NCBI GenBank assembly: GCA_043826565.1
Contig: JBDRPX010000004.1
Location: 103,604 to 167,603, forward strand
Length of the DNA: 64,000 bases
From: Candidatus Omnitrophota bacterium
GTDB taxonomy: Bacteria; Omnitrophota; Gorgyraeia; B26-G9
Direction of reading: 5' to 3'
The stretch's first letter is position 1, and each line of letters begins with the position of its first letter. The notes beneath the pieces were generated by a model. That model was not told where the DNA came from and ran no database searches. It worked only from the letters and a program-made list of their open reading frames with translations. Below, in pieces: positions 6,194-21,100 of this stretch. A program made the translations under genes and the position numbers.

Positions 6194-9100
6194 ATGAAGA
6201 TGAAAAGATCAATAGTAGTTATGATGTGTATGGTTGTTTTTTTTACAATTCACTTTGCTGGTATTGATGATGCCAAAGCCTTTCAGATTAAAAGGGTGAT
6301 CAGGGGGTCCTATAGCCAGGCAATTGATGAGGAGGTAACAGTTGTTGATCTTACTTCTTTATTGGGCGGGGTGAACCTGGTTCCTGCGAAAACTATTCTT
6401 TTTTATACTATTGATCTTGATGATGAGGATGCCGAAGAGACTTTTACCAATGTAGCTTTAGACAGCCCTTCGGATCTGCTGATCAGCCGGTTTACCTCAG
6501 GTACGGGGCTTACAGTTAATTATGAACTTGTGGAGTTTGTTTCCGGGGTTAAAGTTATGCGCGGTCTTACCACTGTTCCGGAAACAGCAACGATTAAAAC
6601 TGTAACTTTACCTCAATCCATAATTGTTAATAAATCATATGTAACGGTTAATTCTAATGCTGTAAGAGGTTCTAATCTTAATGAAGAATTAAATACGTTT
6701 GCCGCGGAAATAGTTGATGAAACTACGGTCAGGTTCACAAGAACTGTTACTACTTCCCGATTTAATAATACTCTGGCTTATCAGGTTGTTTGTTTTGAAG
6801 GCCTTGATGGTTTAGGCGATGATGTCGTCTCAGTTCAGAAAGGGATAGATATTCTTCCTTCACCTGCCGGCGGGATGAGCCTTACTGTAGGTATAAATAG
6901 TGTTCAAACTGATAAATCTTTATTAATATTTTCAAGCCGGCCGGATACTCTTGCTGACGGTGATGAAGATATAATGTGTGTGGAGGGAATATTAAATGAT
7001 GCCGGCGGCGGAATGAGTGATGCGATACTTTTTAACCGTCAGGAAAATAATAATGATGATGTCACTTTATACTGGTTTGTAATTACTTTTAGTAATGAAA
7101 CTTTTGTTCAGAGTAAAACCCAAACCTTTATTTCTAATAGTAATCCCAACTTTACCATAGACACAGCAATTGTGCCCAGCCGCAGTTTTATTCAAGCATC
7201 TGTTTCGATTACCGGAGGCGGGACATCAGGTAAAGAAGAAACTACTCATGCCTTATATATTACTAATCCTACGACCATAGATACGCAGTGTTCCACAACC
7301 AGTGCTTATACTGTAAAACTTTCCTGGTTTGTAACGGAAATGCCGCCCTTAGAAGTTACTTATCCCAACGGCGAAGAAATTTTTGAAGTCGGAACAACAG
7401 AAAATATTACCTGGAATCATTCAGATGACGTTTTAAATACAGATTCAATGAGTATTGATCTTTCTATCAACAGCGGCAGTACGTATCCTTTAAATGTTAT
7501 AACCGGAGTTGACCCGACTTTAGATACATATGCCTGGAATATTCCCGCGGAAATAAGTTCAACCGGTATTATCGGAAATACCATAAGAGTTAAAATTACA
7601 GATACGACGATCAGCGCAAGAAATTTTGATACCTCAGACGCTGACTTTATAATAAAGGGAAGATTAATTATTGATCAGCCGCCGGACACCTGGCGTTTAG
7701 GCGAGACTCAAAATATAACCTGGGATGTACACGGTAGTTTAAATAGTTTACCTACAAACACTATGACGATTATGCTTTCTACGGATGGGGGCGGAAGCTT
7801 TGCTCATACTGTGAGTGCAGTGGCTGACCCGGGTGCCGGACAGTCTGATGGAAGTGCCGGCTCCGGAAGTTATGGGTGGACTATCCCATCAGATATGGAT
7901 GGTGAAAATTTAATCGGTACGGATAATCAAATAAAACTTATTCTTAATTACGACCCGGATGCGCCGAAGACAACAGTAACCAGTACAAGTTCTAATTTTG
8001 TTTTAAAAGGGCGAATTTTTAATGTTTCCCCGGCTAGTGATGAAACCTGGTTTTTGGGTGAAACAAAAAGTATTACCTGGGATAAAAATGGACACTTCGG
8101 CGCCGGTATTGCCGAGGGAACAGTAGATGTTTATTATTCCAGTAATGGCGGTTTGTCATATGGTACTATTGTTGCTGTAAGCCAACCTGCGGGGACAGAT
8201 GGTTCGGGGGGGAGTTATAATTGGACAATACCCAATAACACTCCTTTAGAAAATCCTGATTCGAAAATTAAAGTTTTTCAAACTACAGATACTTCGGTTT
8301 ATGGAGAAAGTGCTAATTTTTCTTTAATCTCATCACTTTTGCTGGATATTCCCAGCGGTACGGGAATTCTCTGGAAAGTGGGAACGGCTCATGATATTGA
8401 GTGGACAACTGCCGGTTCGGTTAGTATGGTTGACTTGCTCTATGATTCCGGCTCGGGTTATGTTTTAATTACACCTGCCGCGGGTATAGCTAATGCCGAT
8501 GTTTACAACTGGACAATTCCCGACGCTATAAGCAATAGCGTTAAGGTAAAAGTTCAGGATCACGATAATACGAATATATACGATGAGAGTGATAATTTAT
8601 TTTCCATAAAAGGATCAATAAGTGTTACCGAGCCTCATGCAACCGAAATTACACAAGTAAGTATAAATAAAGTTATTCAGTGGAATACTACGGGAAGTGT
8701 AGCCGGAACCGTAAACATTCGTTTGTCACAGAATGGCGGTTCTTCTTATGGGAGTATCATTAATTCAGTTGACGTTTCCAGCGGTTCGTATTCCTGGGCT
8801 CCGGTTGCCGGAGATATGGGTACTAATAATGTGATCAAAGTAGGGCTGCAGGGAGATGAAGACCCGGGAACCGGGACAGCCGGGGAAACAGGAGTTTTTG
8901 CCGTAGAAGCCAGTATTGACCTTACTTATCCGGATGCTTCCGGGTTAACGTATGGTATCGGAGATGAGGTTTATATCAAATGGACATCAAACCCCGCTGC
9001 GTTTGGAAACGTAAATATACGTTACTCAACGGATGGCGGATCTAATTATAATGGATTTATTGCCGACGGTGTTGCCTCAAATAATGTTCCCGGAGGAGAG

Positions 9101-12100
9101 ACAGAGATCGGATATAAGTGGACAATTCAGGATGTCGTGGGAATGGTGAGCCCGACTTGCCGTGTAAAAGTATATCAGGTTGGGAAATTAGCACAGGTGT
9201 ATAGCGAATCACAATATGATTTTAATGTTAAAGGTACTTTGAACTTAACCGCGCCGGATGGAGGAGAAACCTGGTATGTTGACCAGTTTGAAAGTATTAC
9301 CTGGACCAAAGGCGGAGATCTAGGAACTCTAAAACTTGCCTATTCAATTAACGGCGGTTCTGACGGGTATCCGGCGACGATCGCTACCAGTATAGATGCG
9401 GATGATCTTTCTTATCCTTGGCAGATCCCGGATGCTATTGGTACGCAGTTAAAAGTAAAAGCTATTCAGGAAACAGATACAACTACTAATGATGTATCCG
9501 TAGGGGTATTTACGATTAAAGGAAGATTTTCAATATCTGCTCCGGTGGGCGGCGAGACCTGGTATGTGGGAACTCAGGAAAATATTGGGTGGACCACTTA
9601 TGGCACCATTGATAAGGTAAATTTGTATTATTCTACTGACGGCGGCGGAACATTCGGTTCTACGATCGCTACCAATCTTACCAATGCCGAAGGATATCTG
9701 TGGACAATTCCGGACGCGATAGATAATGATATCAGAGTAAGAGTAGAAAGTTTCTATGATAATACAGTTGCTCATGAATCAACCGGTAACTTTACTATTA
9801 AAGGAAGAGTTTTTGTTACCGCGCCGAACGGCCCGGAAGAATGGCGGGTCGGAGCAACGGAAAATATTACCTGGACGGTGTATGGAGCTATTGGAAATGT
9901 GGAGATTCGATATTCCACTAACAGCGGTGCCAGCTATGATACAGTTATCGTAGCCAGTACTCCGGCATTGAACCAGACTTATGCCTGGACCAATATCCCG
10001 GATGAGATCGGCACAAGTTTAAAAGTGAAAATTACCAGTATCTCAGACGGTACAGTTAATGATGAGTCAGACGCTGATTTTGAATTAAAAGGGGTTTTAA
10101 CTTTAACCGCGCCTAATGGTGCTCAGATATGGAACGTTGGGAATTCCGAAAATATTACCTGGACTAAACAGGGAACTTTGGGGAATGTGGAACTGCGTTT
10201 TTCCACGGACAGCGGCGTGACTTTCCCGGTTGGCAATGTGATCGCGACCGGTGTAGCGGCAACCGCAACACCGCATCCCTGGACAATCCCGGATAAGATC
10301 GGAGATAAGCTGCGGGTAAGAGTTATGTTATTAAATGACCCGACAAATGTTTATGATGATTCTGATAATGATTTTGAGATCAAAGGTAAGTTGACATTGA
10401 CGGCACCGAACGGGCCGGAAGAGTGGGGAGTGGGGACAAGCCAGGCAATTACCTGGGCCCGTTTTGGAAGTATCGCGAATGTTAAACTGGAATATTCCAC
10501 CGACGGGGGCAATACATTTCCTAACACGATTACAGATTCAACAAGTGCTTCCGCGCAAACTTATAATTGGACGATTCCGGACGCGATCGGAACTTCTTTG
10601 CAGGTTAAGATCAGTGATGCATCAGATGGCGCGGTGAGTGATACTTCTGATGCTAGTTTTGAAATTAAAGGCCGCTTAATATTACTGCATCCGAACGGCG
10701 CGGAAACCCTGGCGGTAAATCAGCCTTATACTATTGACTGGACAACTTATGGAACGATCAATAAAGTAAATCTCTATTATTCAATTAACGGCGGAAGCAG
10801 TTATGACGCGAATATTGTTTTAGCTTTAAATAATACCGGAAGTTATGGCTGGACAATTCCGGATGCTATCGGTTCGCAATTGCGCGTAAAGATTAATAAT
10901 GATGATGATACAACAGTCGAAGATGTGTCAAACGGTGATTTTACGATCAAAGGTTCGGTAACCTTGACCGCGCCGAATGGCGGTCAAACCTGGATCGTTG
11001 ACGATTCTCAGAATATTAGTTGGAGCAAACAGGGAAGTATCGGAACGGTGCAATTGGATTATTCGACTAATGGCGGAACCAGTTATGATTTTAGTATTGC
11101 TGCCGGGGTGGCTTCCGGGGATCTAAGCAAAGCCTGGACAATCCCGAACGCGATCAGCAATAATGTGAAAGTAAAAATTACTCAGGAATCTGATACTTCA
11201 GTTAATGATGAATCAAACGCGGCGTTTGAAATTAAAGGTTCAATACTTGTTACAGCTCCCAATGGCGCGGAATCATGGTCTATCGGCGGGACTGAAGATA
11301 TTACCTGGATACGCCATGGAAGCATTGGAAATATTCAGATCCTTTATTCAACTGACAGCGGTTCGACTTATCCGTTTACAGTGACCGGTTCAACAGACTC
11401 TTCGACACAGACATACAGCTGGGTGAACATCGCGGATACTCCATCGACAACCTGCCGTGTAAAGATGACTAGTTTGTCGGATTCCTCGGTTACTGATGAC
11501 TCAAATTCTAATTTCCGGATCAGGGCAAATATTACTTTGACCGCACCGAATGGATTAGAGGAATGGATCGTCGGGACAACTGAAAATATCACCTGGACCA
11601 AAACCGGTTCAATTCCTAATGTAGCTTTGGAATATTCACTTAACAGCGGATCGACTTATCCCAAAGCGATCGTGACAACTTCCGGTGAAGCTTTAAGTTA
11701 TACATGGACGATCCCGGATGATATTAGCGGCCTGGTGAGAGTACAGATCAGAAATACATCGGATGCGACGGTATCAGATACTTCTAATGCTGATTTCAGT
11801 ATTAAAGGGTCAGTAACCATGGAAAGTCCTGACGGCGGAGAAGTCTATGTTGTCGGTTCAGCCTATGATATTGAATGGTCATATGTCGGATCAATTCCGA
11901 ATGTAAAACTGGAATATTCTATAAACGGCGGGTCGACATTTCCCTATGAGATCATCGCGTCTACTCCGGCAGTTGCTTTAGCTTATTCCTGGACTGTTCC
12001 GGATACAATTACCGGACAGTTGGTAGTGAAAGTTTCTGATGCTGTAGATTCAACAGTTGATGATGATTCTGATGCTTATGCAAAGATCAGAGGTTCTTTA

Positions 12101-15100
12101 ACAATTACTTCGCCGAATGGAACAGAATCTTGGATAATTGATGATATCCATGCGGTTACCTGGACCAGGACCGGTTCCCTGGGGAATGCAAAGCTGGAAT
12201 ATTCCACTGATGCCGGAGCAACTTATCCGAATGTAATTATCGGTACGATCGCGACGAATCTTTTAACGCATAATTGGACGGTTCCGGATGATCCTTCTAT
12301 CCAGGTTAAGGTAAAGATTACCAGTCTAGATGATTCTACGGTTACGGATTCTTCAAATGCCAATTTTACAATTAAAGGCAGTTTAAATTTAACCGCGCCG
12401 GACGGCCCGGAAACCTGGATCGTGGGTACGACCGAAGCGATTACCTGGACTAAATTAGGTTCCTTAAATCTGGTAACATTGGAATATTCAACTAATGGCG
12501 GAACAACTTATCCGAATGTAATTAATAATTCGGTATCCGCGGCAGCTTTATCTTATAATTGGCTGATCCCGGATGTGATCGGAACACAATTAAGAGTGCG
12601 GATTACCAGTAATGATAATGCGTCGGTAACAGATGTTTCCGCGGCTAATTTTGAAATTAAGGGATCTGTTACATTAACCGCGCCGAATGGTTCAGAAATT
12701 TGGTTTGTCGGTGAATCACGTAATATTACCTGGACGCATAATGGCGCGATCGGTAATGTAAGTTTGAAATATTCTACAGACGGCGGCAGTACCTATCCGA
12801 CGACAATTACTACCGGTGTAGCGGCAACAAATCTCACCTATGGCTGGACAGTTCCGGATAATATCGGTACTCAATTAAGAGTAGAGATCACTTCAGTTAA
12901 TGATTCAGCAGTAACTGATGAATCGAATAATAATTTTACGATCAAAGGAATTTTGCTCTTAACCTCTCCGAATGGCACAGAGGAATGGATCGTGGGATCT
13001 TCGCATAATATTACCTGGAACAGAACCGGATCAATTGCCAATGTGAAACTGGAATATTCAACCGACGGCGGTACTTCTTATCCGAATGAAATTATTGCCT
13101 CTACTGATGCGGCTGCTGGGAGTTATGGGTGGACTATCCCGGATTCAATTGATACGGATATTAGGGTAAGAGTTTCTGATGCTTTGGATTCTTCGGTAAA
13201 CGATTCTTCAAATGCTAATTTTACGATTAAAGGATCAGTTACACTAACTGCGCCGAATGGGGCAGAAAACTGGGTGGTTGCTTCTCATGAGAATATTACC
13301 TGGACCAAGACCGGGACGATCCCAACCGTAGAACTGCGCTATTCATTAAACGGCGGGACAAGTTATGATACAGTTATTAATGCCACGGTAACCGGATCGA
13401 ATTTAACTTATGATTGGACAATTCCGGATGATATTTCCGCTACGGTAAAATTAAAAATAACCAATAATAATGACTCAACAGTTTATGATACCTCCAATGC
13501 TAATTTCAAGATCATCGGTAATTTAGTGGTTGTCGCGCCTAATGGAACAGAAGAATGGGTTGTGGGAACATCTGAGAATATTACCTGGACAAGAACCGGA
13601 TCAATTGCCAATGTAAAGATCGATTATTCAATTAACAGCGGTTCAACATATCCGAACGCGGTAGTGGCTTCTACCGGAGCTGCGGGTTTAAGTTATGGCT
13701 GGACAATTCCGAATTCAGTATATAAAACAATTCGGGTGCGGGTTGCAGATGCCTCAGATGTAAATGTTTATGATGTTTCCAATGCTGATTTTACGATCAT
13801 GCCGGGTTTTCAAATTACCGCGCCGAATGGTTCGGAAGTATGGACTGTAGCAAATTCCGAGGATATTACCTGGATAACAACCGGTTCATGTACAAATGTA
13901 AAACTGGGATATTCAACTAATTCCGGGTCTACTTACACAGACATCATTGCTTCTACGCCCAATACAGAAACATATGGCTGGACAATTCCGGATGATTTAT
14001 CTATATCTTGTAAAGTTAAAGTTACTGATGTAGATAATGCTAATGCGCAGGATGAAACTAACGGTTTATTTAAAATTCGCGGGAACTTAACTATTACTGT
14101 GCCGAATGGTGCAGAATCCTGGGATGTGGCGGATGTCGAGAATATTACCTGGACGAGATTCGGTAGTATTGCTGCGGCAAAATTGGAATTATCCAAAGAC
14201 GGCGGAAGCACATATCCGGTTTTGATCATTGCGTCTACAGATGCTTCTTTGCTGACTTATGCGTGGACGATCCCGGATCAGTTGACAACTCAAGGAAGAA
14301 TAAAAATAACCAATACTGCGGACTCAACGGTATATGACGTATCCAATGCGAACTTTGCGATCAAGGGTGCGGTAACTTTAGCTGCGCCGAATGGCGGCCA
14401 GGATTTGGTAGTCGGCAGTGCGTATAATATTACCTGGACACGTTTCGGTTCAATTTTAAATGTAAAACTTGAATATTCAACTAATGGCGGTACAACCTAT
14501 CCGAATCTGATCATTGCGGCAACAGACGCGACTACGGAAACTTACGGCTGGGGGATCCCGGATGCTATCGGTTCGCAATTAAGAGTAAGGATAACGGACG
14601 TAGATAATTCTTTAGTGTCTGATACTTCGGATGCTAATTTTTCAATTAAAGGCGCATTGGAATTGACTGCGCCGGTTGGCGGAGAAATATGGTTTGTTAA
14701 TAATATTGAAGCTATAACCTGGACGCGTACCGGATCAATTGCTAATGTGAAACTGGAATATTCTACAGACGGCGGATCAACCTATCCGAATACAATCGCG
14801 GCAACGGTAACTGCGTCTTTACAGACTTATGCTTGGACAATCCCGGATGCTATCGGTTCTCAGTTAAGGGTAAAAATTACCGATACTTCCAATGCTACGG
14901 TAACTGATGAATCCGGCAGTAATTTCTATATTAAAGGAAAGCTGACTCTGAGTGCACCGAACGGCGGACAGACCTGGGTCGTCGGTGAATTGCGGAACAT
15001 TACCTGGGTACGTACCGGAAGTATTGCGAATGTGAAACTGGATTACTCTACTGACGCTGGCACAACTTATCCGAATGCTATTATCGCTTCTACCGATGCT

Positions 15101-18100
15101 TCTACCGGAACTTATGGCTGGACAGTAGCTGACGCGATCGGTACAAGTTTAAAGGTAAGAGTTGAAGATGCAACGGACAATACAGTAAGTGATGTGTCTG
15201 ATCTGGTATTTGAGATAAAGGGATCGTTAGTGTTGACCGCGCCCAACGGCGGTCAGTCATGGGTTGTTGATACAAGTGAAAATATCACCTGGACTAAGAC
15301 CGGAACTATTCCGCTGGTAACTTTGGAATATTCAGTGAACGGCGGATCAAGTTATGATACGGTAATTAATAATTCTGTAACCGGATCAGACTTGACTTAT
15401 GCGTGGACAATACCGGATTCGATTGGAGCAACTGTAAAGGTAAGAATAACAAATAATGATGACGGTACTGTTTATGATACCTCAAATGCAAATTTCAAGA
15501 TTATCGGTGCTTTGGCAGTAACTGCTCCGAATGGAACAGAAGAGTGGGTAGTAGGCACATCTGAGAATATAACCTGGACCAGAACCGGAAGTATTGCCAA
15601 TGTAAAAATCGATTATTCGATCAACAGCGGTGCAACATATCCGAACGCGGTTGTGGCTTCTACCGGAGCGGCCGGATTAAGTTATAGCTGGACGATCCCG
15701 AATTCAGTATATAAGACTATCAGGGTAAAAGTAGCGGACGCTTCAGATGTAAATGTTTATGATGTTTCCAACGCTGATTTTACGATCATGCCGGGTTTTG
15801 CGATTACCGCGCCTAATGGCGGAGAAGTCTGGTCAGTATCAGATTCGGAAGATATCACCTGGATAACTACCGGTTCATGTACAAATGTAAAACTGGAATA
15901 TTCGACAAACAGCGGTTCTACGTACACAGATATTATTGCTTCTACGCCCAATACAGAAACATATGGCTGGACGATCCCGGATAATTTATCCATATCCTGT
16001 AAAGTCAGGATATCCGATGTAGATAATCCTAATGCCATAGATACAACTGACGGATTATTTAAAATTCGCGGAGCTTTAACTTTGACCAGTCCGAATGGTT
16101 TTGAATCCTGGGATGTGGCCAGTGTTCATAATATTACCTGGGCCAGATTCGGTAGTGTTGCTAATGTTAAATTAGAACTATCAAAAAATTCCGGTTCAAC
16201 TTATCCTGTTTTGATTATTGGATCAACTGATGCTTCAATATTGAGTTATTCATGGACAATTCCGGATCAATTGACGACACAGGGAAGAGTTAAGATAACG
16301 GATACTTCAGATTCAACAGTATTTGACAGCTCAAATGATGATTTTGGTATTAAAGGTGCGGTAACTTTAACCGCGCCCAACGGCGGACAAGATCTAGTGG
16401 TCGGCAGTGCGTATAATATTACCTGGACACGTTTCGGTTCAGTTCTTAATGTAAAACTGGAGTATTCAACTAATGGCGGTACAACCTATCCGAATCTGAT
16501 CATTGCGGCAACAGACGCGACCACCGGAACCTATGGCTGGGGTATCCCGGATGAGATTGGTTCTCAATTAAGAGTGAAAATTACTGATGCGGCGAATTCC
16601 CTGGTTTTTGATACTTCAGATGCAAACTTTAGCATTAAAGGTAATCTGCTTTTAAATACACCTAATGGCGGAGATATTTGGTTTGTTAATAATATTGAAA
16701 ATATAACCTGGACGCGTACCGGATCAATTGCTAATGTGAAGTTGGAATATTCAACTAATGGCGGCAGTACTTATCCGAATACAATCGCGGCAACTGTAAC
16801 AGCTTCTTTACAAACTTATGCCTGGACAATCCCGGATGCGATCGGTTCTCAGTTAAGGGTAAAAATTACCGATACTTCTAATTCTACGGTAACTGATGAG
16901 TCTAATGCAGATTTTTATATTAAAGGAAAGCTGGTAGTGAATGTGCCTAATGGCGGGCAGACCTGGATCGTCGGTGAATCCCGCAATATTACCTGGACGC
17001 GGACCGGTTCAATCGCCAATGTAAAACTTGATTATTCTACTGACGCTGGCACAACGTATCCGAATGTTATTATCGCTTCTACAGATGCTTCTACCGGAAC
17101 TTATTCCTGGACTGTACCGGATGCGATTGGAGCTAATTTAAAAGTTAGAGTTGAAGATGCAACGGATAATACAGTCGTTGATGTGTCGGATGCGGTTTTT
17201 GAGATTAAAGGCTCTTTAACCTTAACCGCGCCCAATGGCGGACAGTCATGGGTTGTTGATACAAGTGAAAATATCACCTGGACTAAGACCGGAACAATTG
17301 CCAATGTGGAATTGCGATATTCAATTGACGGAGGAACAGGATATGATTATGTGATCATTGCTTCAACGCCGGGTGCTAATTTAACTTATGCTTGGACAAT
17401 TCCGGATGATATTGGAGCAACAGTAAAAGTGAAGGTTACGGATGTAAGTGATTCTTCTGTATACGATACCTCAAATGCAAATTTCAAGATCGTGGGTGCT
17501 TTGGCAGTAACTGCTCCGAATGGAACAGAAGAGTGGGTAGTAGGCACATCTGAGAATATAACCTGGACCAGAACCGGAAGTATTACCAATGTAAAAATCG
17601 ATTATTCGATCAACAGCGGGGCAACATATCCGAACGCGGTTGTCGCTTCTACCGGAGCCGCGGGATTAAGTTATAGCTGGACGATCCCGAATTCAGTATA
17701 TAAGACCGTCAGGGTAAGAGTAGCGGATGCGTCAGATGTAAATATTTATGATGTTTCCGATGCAAATTTTACAATCATGCCTTCTTTTGCGATCACCGCG
17801 CCTAACGGCGGAGAAGTCTGGGATGTTGCCTCATCGAGAGATATTGAATGGACAACTACCGGTGATTGTACAAATGTAAAACTGGAATACTCAGTTAATT
17901 CCGGGTCGACTTATACAGATATAATAGCTTTAACGCCGAATACAGAAATCTATTCCTGGACAATTCCGGATAATTTATCCATATCCTGTAAGATCAGGAT
18001 ATCTGATGTGGATAATACTAATGCCATAGATACAACTGACGGATTATTTAAAATTCGCGGAGCTTTAACCTTAACCGCACCGAATGGATTTGAATCCTGG

Positions 18101-21100
18101 GACGTGGCAGATGTAGAGAATATTACCTGGACGAGATTCGGTTCGGTAGCTAATGTTAAGCTGGAACTTTCTAAAGACAGCGGCAGTACTTATCCGGTAA
18201 TGATCATCGCTTCCACCGATGCATCTTTGCTGACCTATGCCTGGACAATTCCGGATGAGTTAACCACAACCGGACGTGTAAAAATAACCAGTACTGCGGA
18301 TTCTACGGTACTGGACAGCTCAAATAATAATTTTGCGATCAAAGGGTCATTACTTTTAACCGCGCCCAATGGAGCAGAAGAATTAGTCGTAGGTAATGCG
18401 TTTAATGTTACCTGGAACCGCTTTGGCTCGATTATGAGTGTAAAACTGGAATATTCAACTAATAGCGGAACAACTTATCCGAATCTGATTATCGCGGCTA
18501 CGGACGCGACCACCGGAACCTATGGTTGGGGCGTACCGGATGATTTAAGTATCACAGTAAGAGTAAAAGTATCGGATGTGGATAATGCGCTTGTCTATGA
18601 TACCTCAGATGCTAATTTTATAATTAAAGGCTCTTTAACCTTAACCGCGCCTAACGGCGGAAACATTTGGTTTGTTAATGATGTGCAGAATATTACCTGG
18701 ACCAAGACCGGATCAATTGCGAATGTAAAATTAGAATATTCAACTGACGCAGGCAGCACATATCCGAATACAATTGCGGCAACAGTTGATGCGGCATTAG
18801 GAACACCGTATGCGTGGACAATACCAGACGCGATTGGTTCGCAGTTAATGGTAAAAGTAACCGATACTTCTAATGCTACGGTGACTGATGTTTCCAACGG
18901 CACTTTCTATATTAAAGGAAAGCTGGTTTTAAACGCGCCTAATGGCGGGCAGGTATGGGTTGTTGGCGAATCCCGCAGTATTACCTGGACGCGGACCGGA
19001 TCAATTTCTAATGTAAAGCTGGATTACTCTACAGACGGCGGCACAACTTATCCGAATGCTATTATCGCTTCTACAGATGCTTCTACCGGAACTTATGGCT
19101 GGACAGTAGCGGATGCGATCGGAGCCAGCTTAAAGGTAAGAGTATCAGACGCGGCGGATTCAACGGTCAATGATGTAAGTGACGCGGTATTTGAAATAAA
19201 AGGATCGATATTATTGACTGCGCCTAATGGCAGTGAAGTCTGGGAAGTGAATTCCGTACAGAATATTACCTGGACCAAGACCGGTACGATTCCTACGGTT
19301 GAATTAAGATATTCGAAAAATGCCGGAACAAGTTATGACTATATTATAAACGCGTCAGTAAGCGGCGCGGCTTTAACTTATGCCTGGACTGTACCGGATG
19401 AAATCGGTGCGACTACCCGGGTGAGGATAACTAACAATGACGATACCAGCGTATACGATACTTCTAACAGCAATTTCAAGATAGTTGGTGTTCTGGTAGT
19501 CACATCGCCGAACGGCGGGCAGGAATGGGTAGTAGGTACATCGCAGAACATCACCTGGACGCGCACCGGGTCAATCGCCAACGTGAAGATCGATTATTCG
19601 ATTAACAGCGGCAGTACATTCCCGCTGGCAGTAGTGGCATCGACACCGGCTGCCGGGTTAAACTACGCTTGGACCATCCCGAATTCCGTGTACAAGACGA
19701 TTCGGATAAGAGTAGCGGATGCTTCAGACGTGAGTGTTTATGACGATTCGAATGCTGATTTTACGATAATGCCGGCATTTAACATTACGGCGCCGGACGG
19801 CGGAGAAGTATGGGATGTCGCGTCTTCTCAGGATATTACCTGGGCGACTACTGGCTCCTGTACTAATGTGAAACTGGAATACTCAGTGAATTCCGGGTCG
19901 ACATATAATGAAATAATTGCTTCCACGCCGAATACCGAATTGTACGCGTGGACTATCCCGGATAATTTGTCGATATCCTGCAAAATCAGGATCACGGATG
20001 TCGATAACCCCAACGCGCAGGACGCGACCACCGGGTTATTTAAAATTCGCGGAGCTTTAACCTTAACCGCACCGAATGGATTTGAATCCTGGGATGTGGC
20101 GAGCGTACATAATATTACCTGGACGAGATTCGGTTCAGTAGCTAATGTTAAGCTGGAACTTTCTAAAGACAGCGGCAGCACCTATCCGATAATGATAATT
20201 GCGTCAACAGATGCATCTTTGCTGACCTATGCCTGGACAATTCCGGATGAGTTAACCACAACCGGACGTGTAAAAATATCCAGTACCGCGGATTCATCGG
20301 TACTGGACAGCTCAAATAATGATTTTGCAATTAAAGGTGCGGTGACAGTAACCGCGCCCAACGGTGGACAAGATTTGGTTGTGGGCAGTGCCTATAATAT
20401 AACCTGGACCAGGTTTGGTTCAATTATGAATGTAAAACTGGAATACTCAACTAATAGCGGAACAACCTATCCGAACCTGATCATTGCGGCAACAGACGCA
20501 ACCACCGGAACCTATGGCTGGGGCGTACCGGATGATCTTTCTACTACAGTACGGATAAAGGTAACTGATGCAGGTAATGCCTTGGTTTTTGATTCTTCAG
20601 ATGCTGATTTTACGATTAAGGGTTCCTTAACTTTAACCGCGCCCAACGGCGGGAACATTTGGTTTGTTAATGATGTGCAGAATATAACCTGGACTAAGAC
20701 CGGTTCTATCCCGACCGTGAAACTGGAATACTCAATTGACGGAGGATCAACATATCCGAATATGATCGCGGCCACAGTTGACGCGGCTTTGGGAACTCCG
20801 TATGCCTGGACGATTCCGGATGCGATTGGTTCTCAATTAATGGTAAAAGTGACGGATACCTCTAATTCATCAGTAACCGATGTTTCTAATAGTACCTTCT
20901 ATATTAAAGGAAAGCTGACTTTAACTGCGCCCAACGGCGGGCAGACCTGGATAGTTGGTGAATCCCGCAGTATTACCTGGTCAAGGATTGGGTCGATTGC
21001 TAATGTAAAAATAGATTACTCCACAGATAGCGGAACAACTTTCCCGAATGCAATAGTTGCCTCTACAGATGCTTCTACTGGAACTTATTCCTGGACAGTA

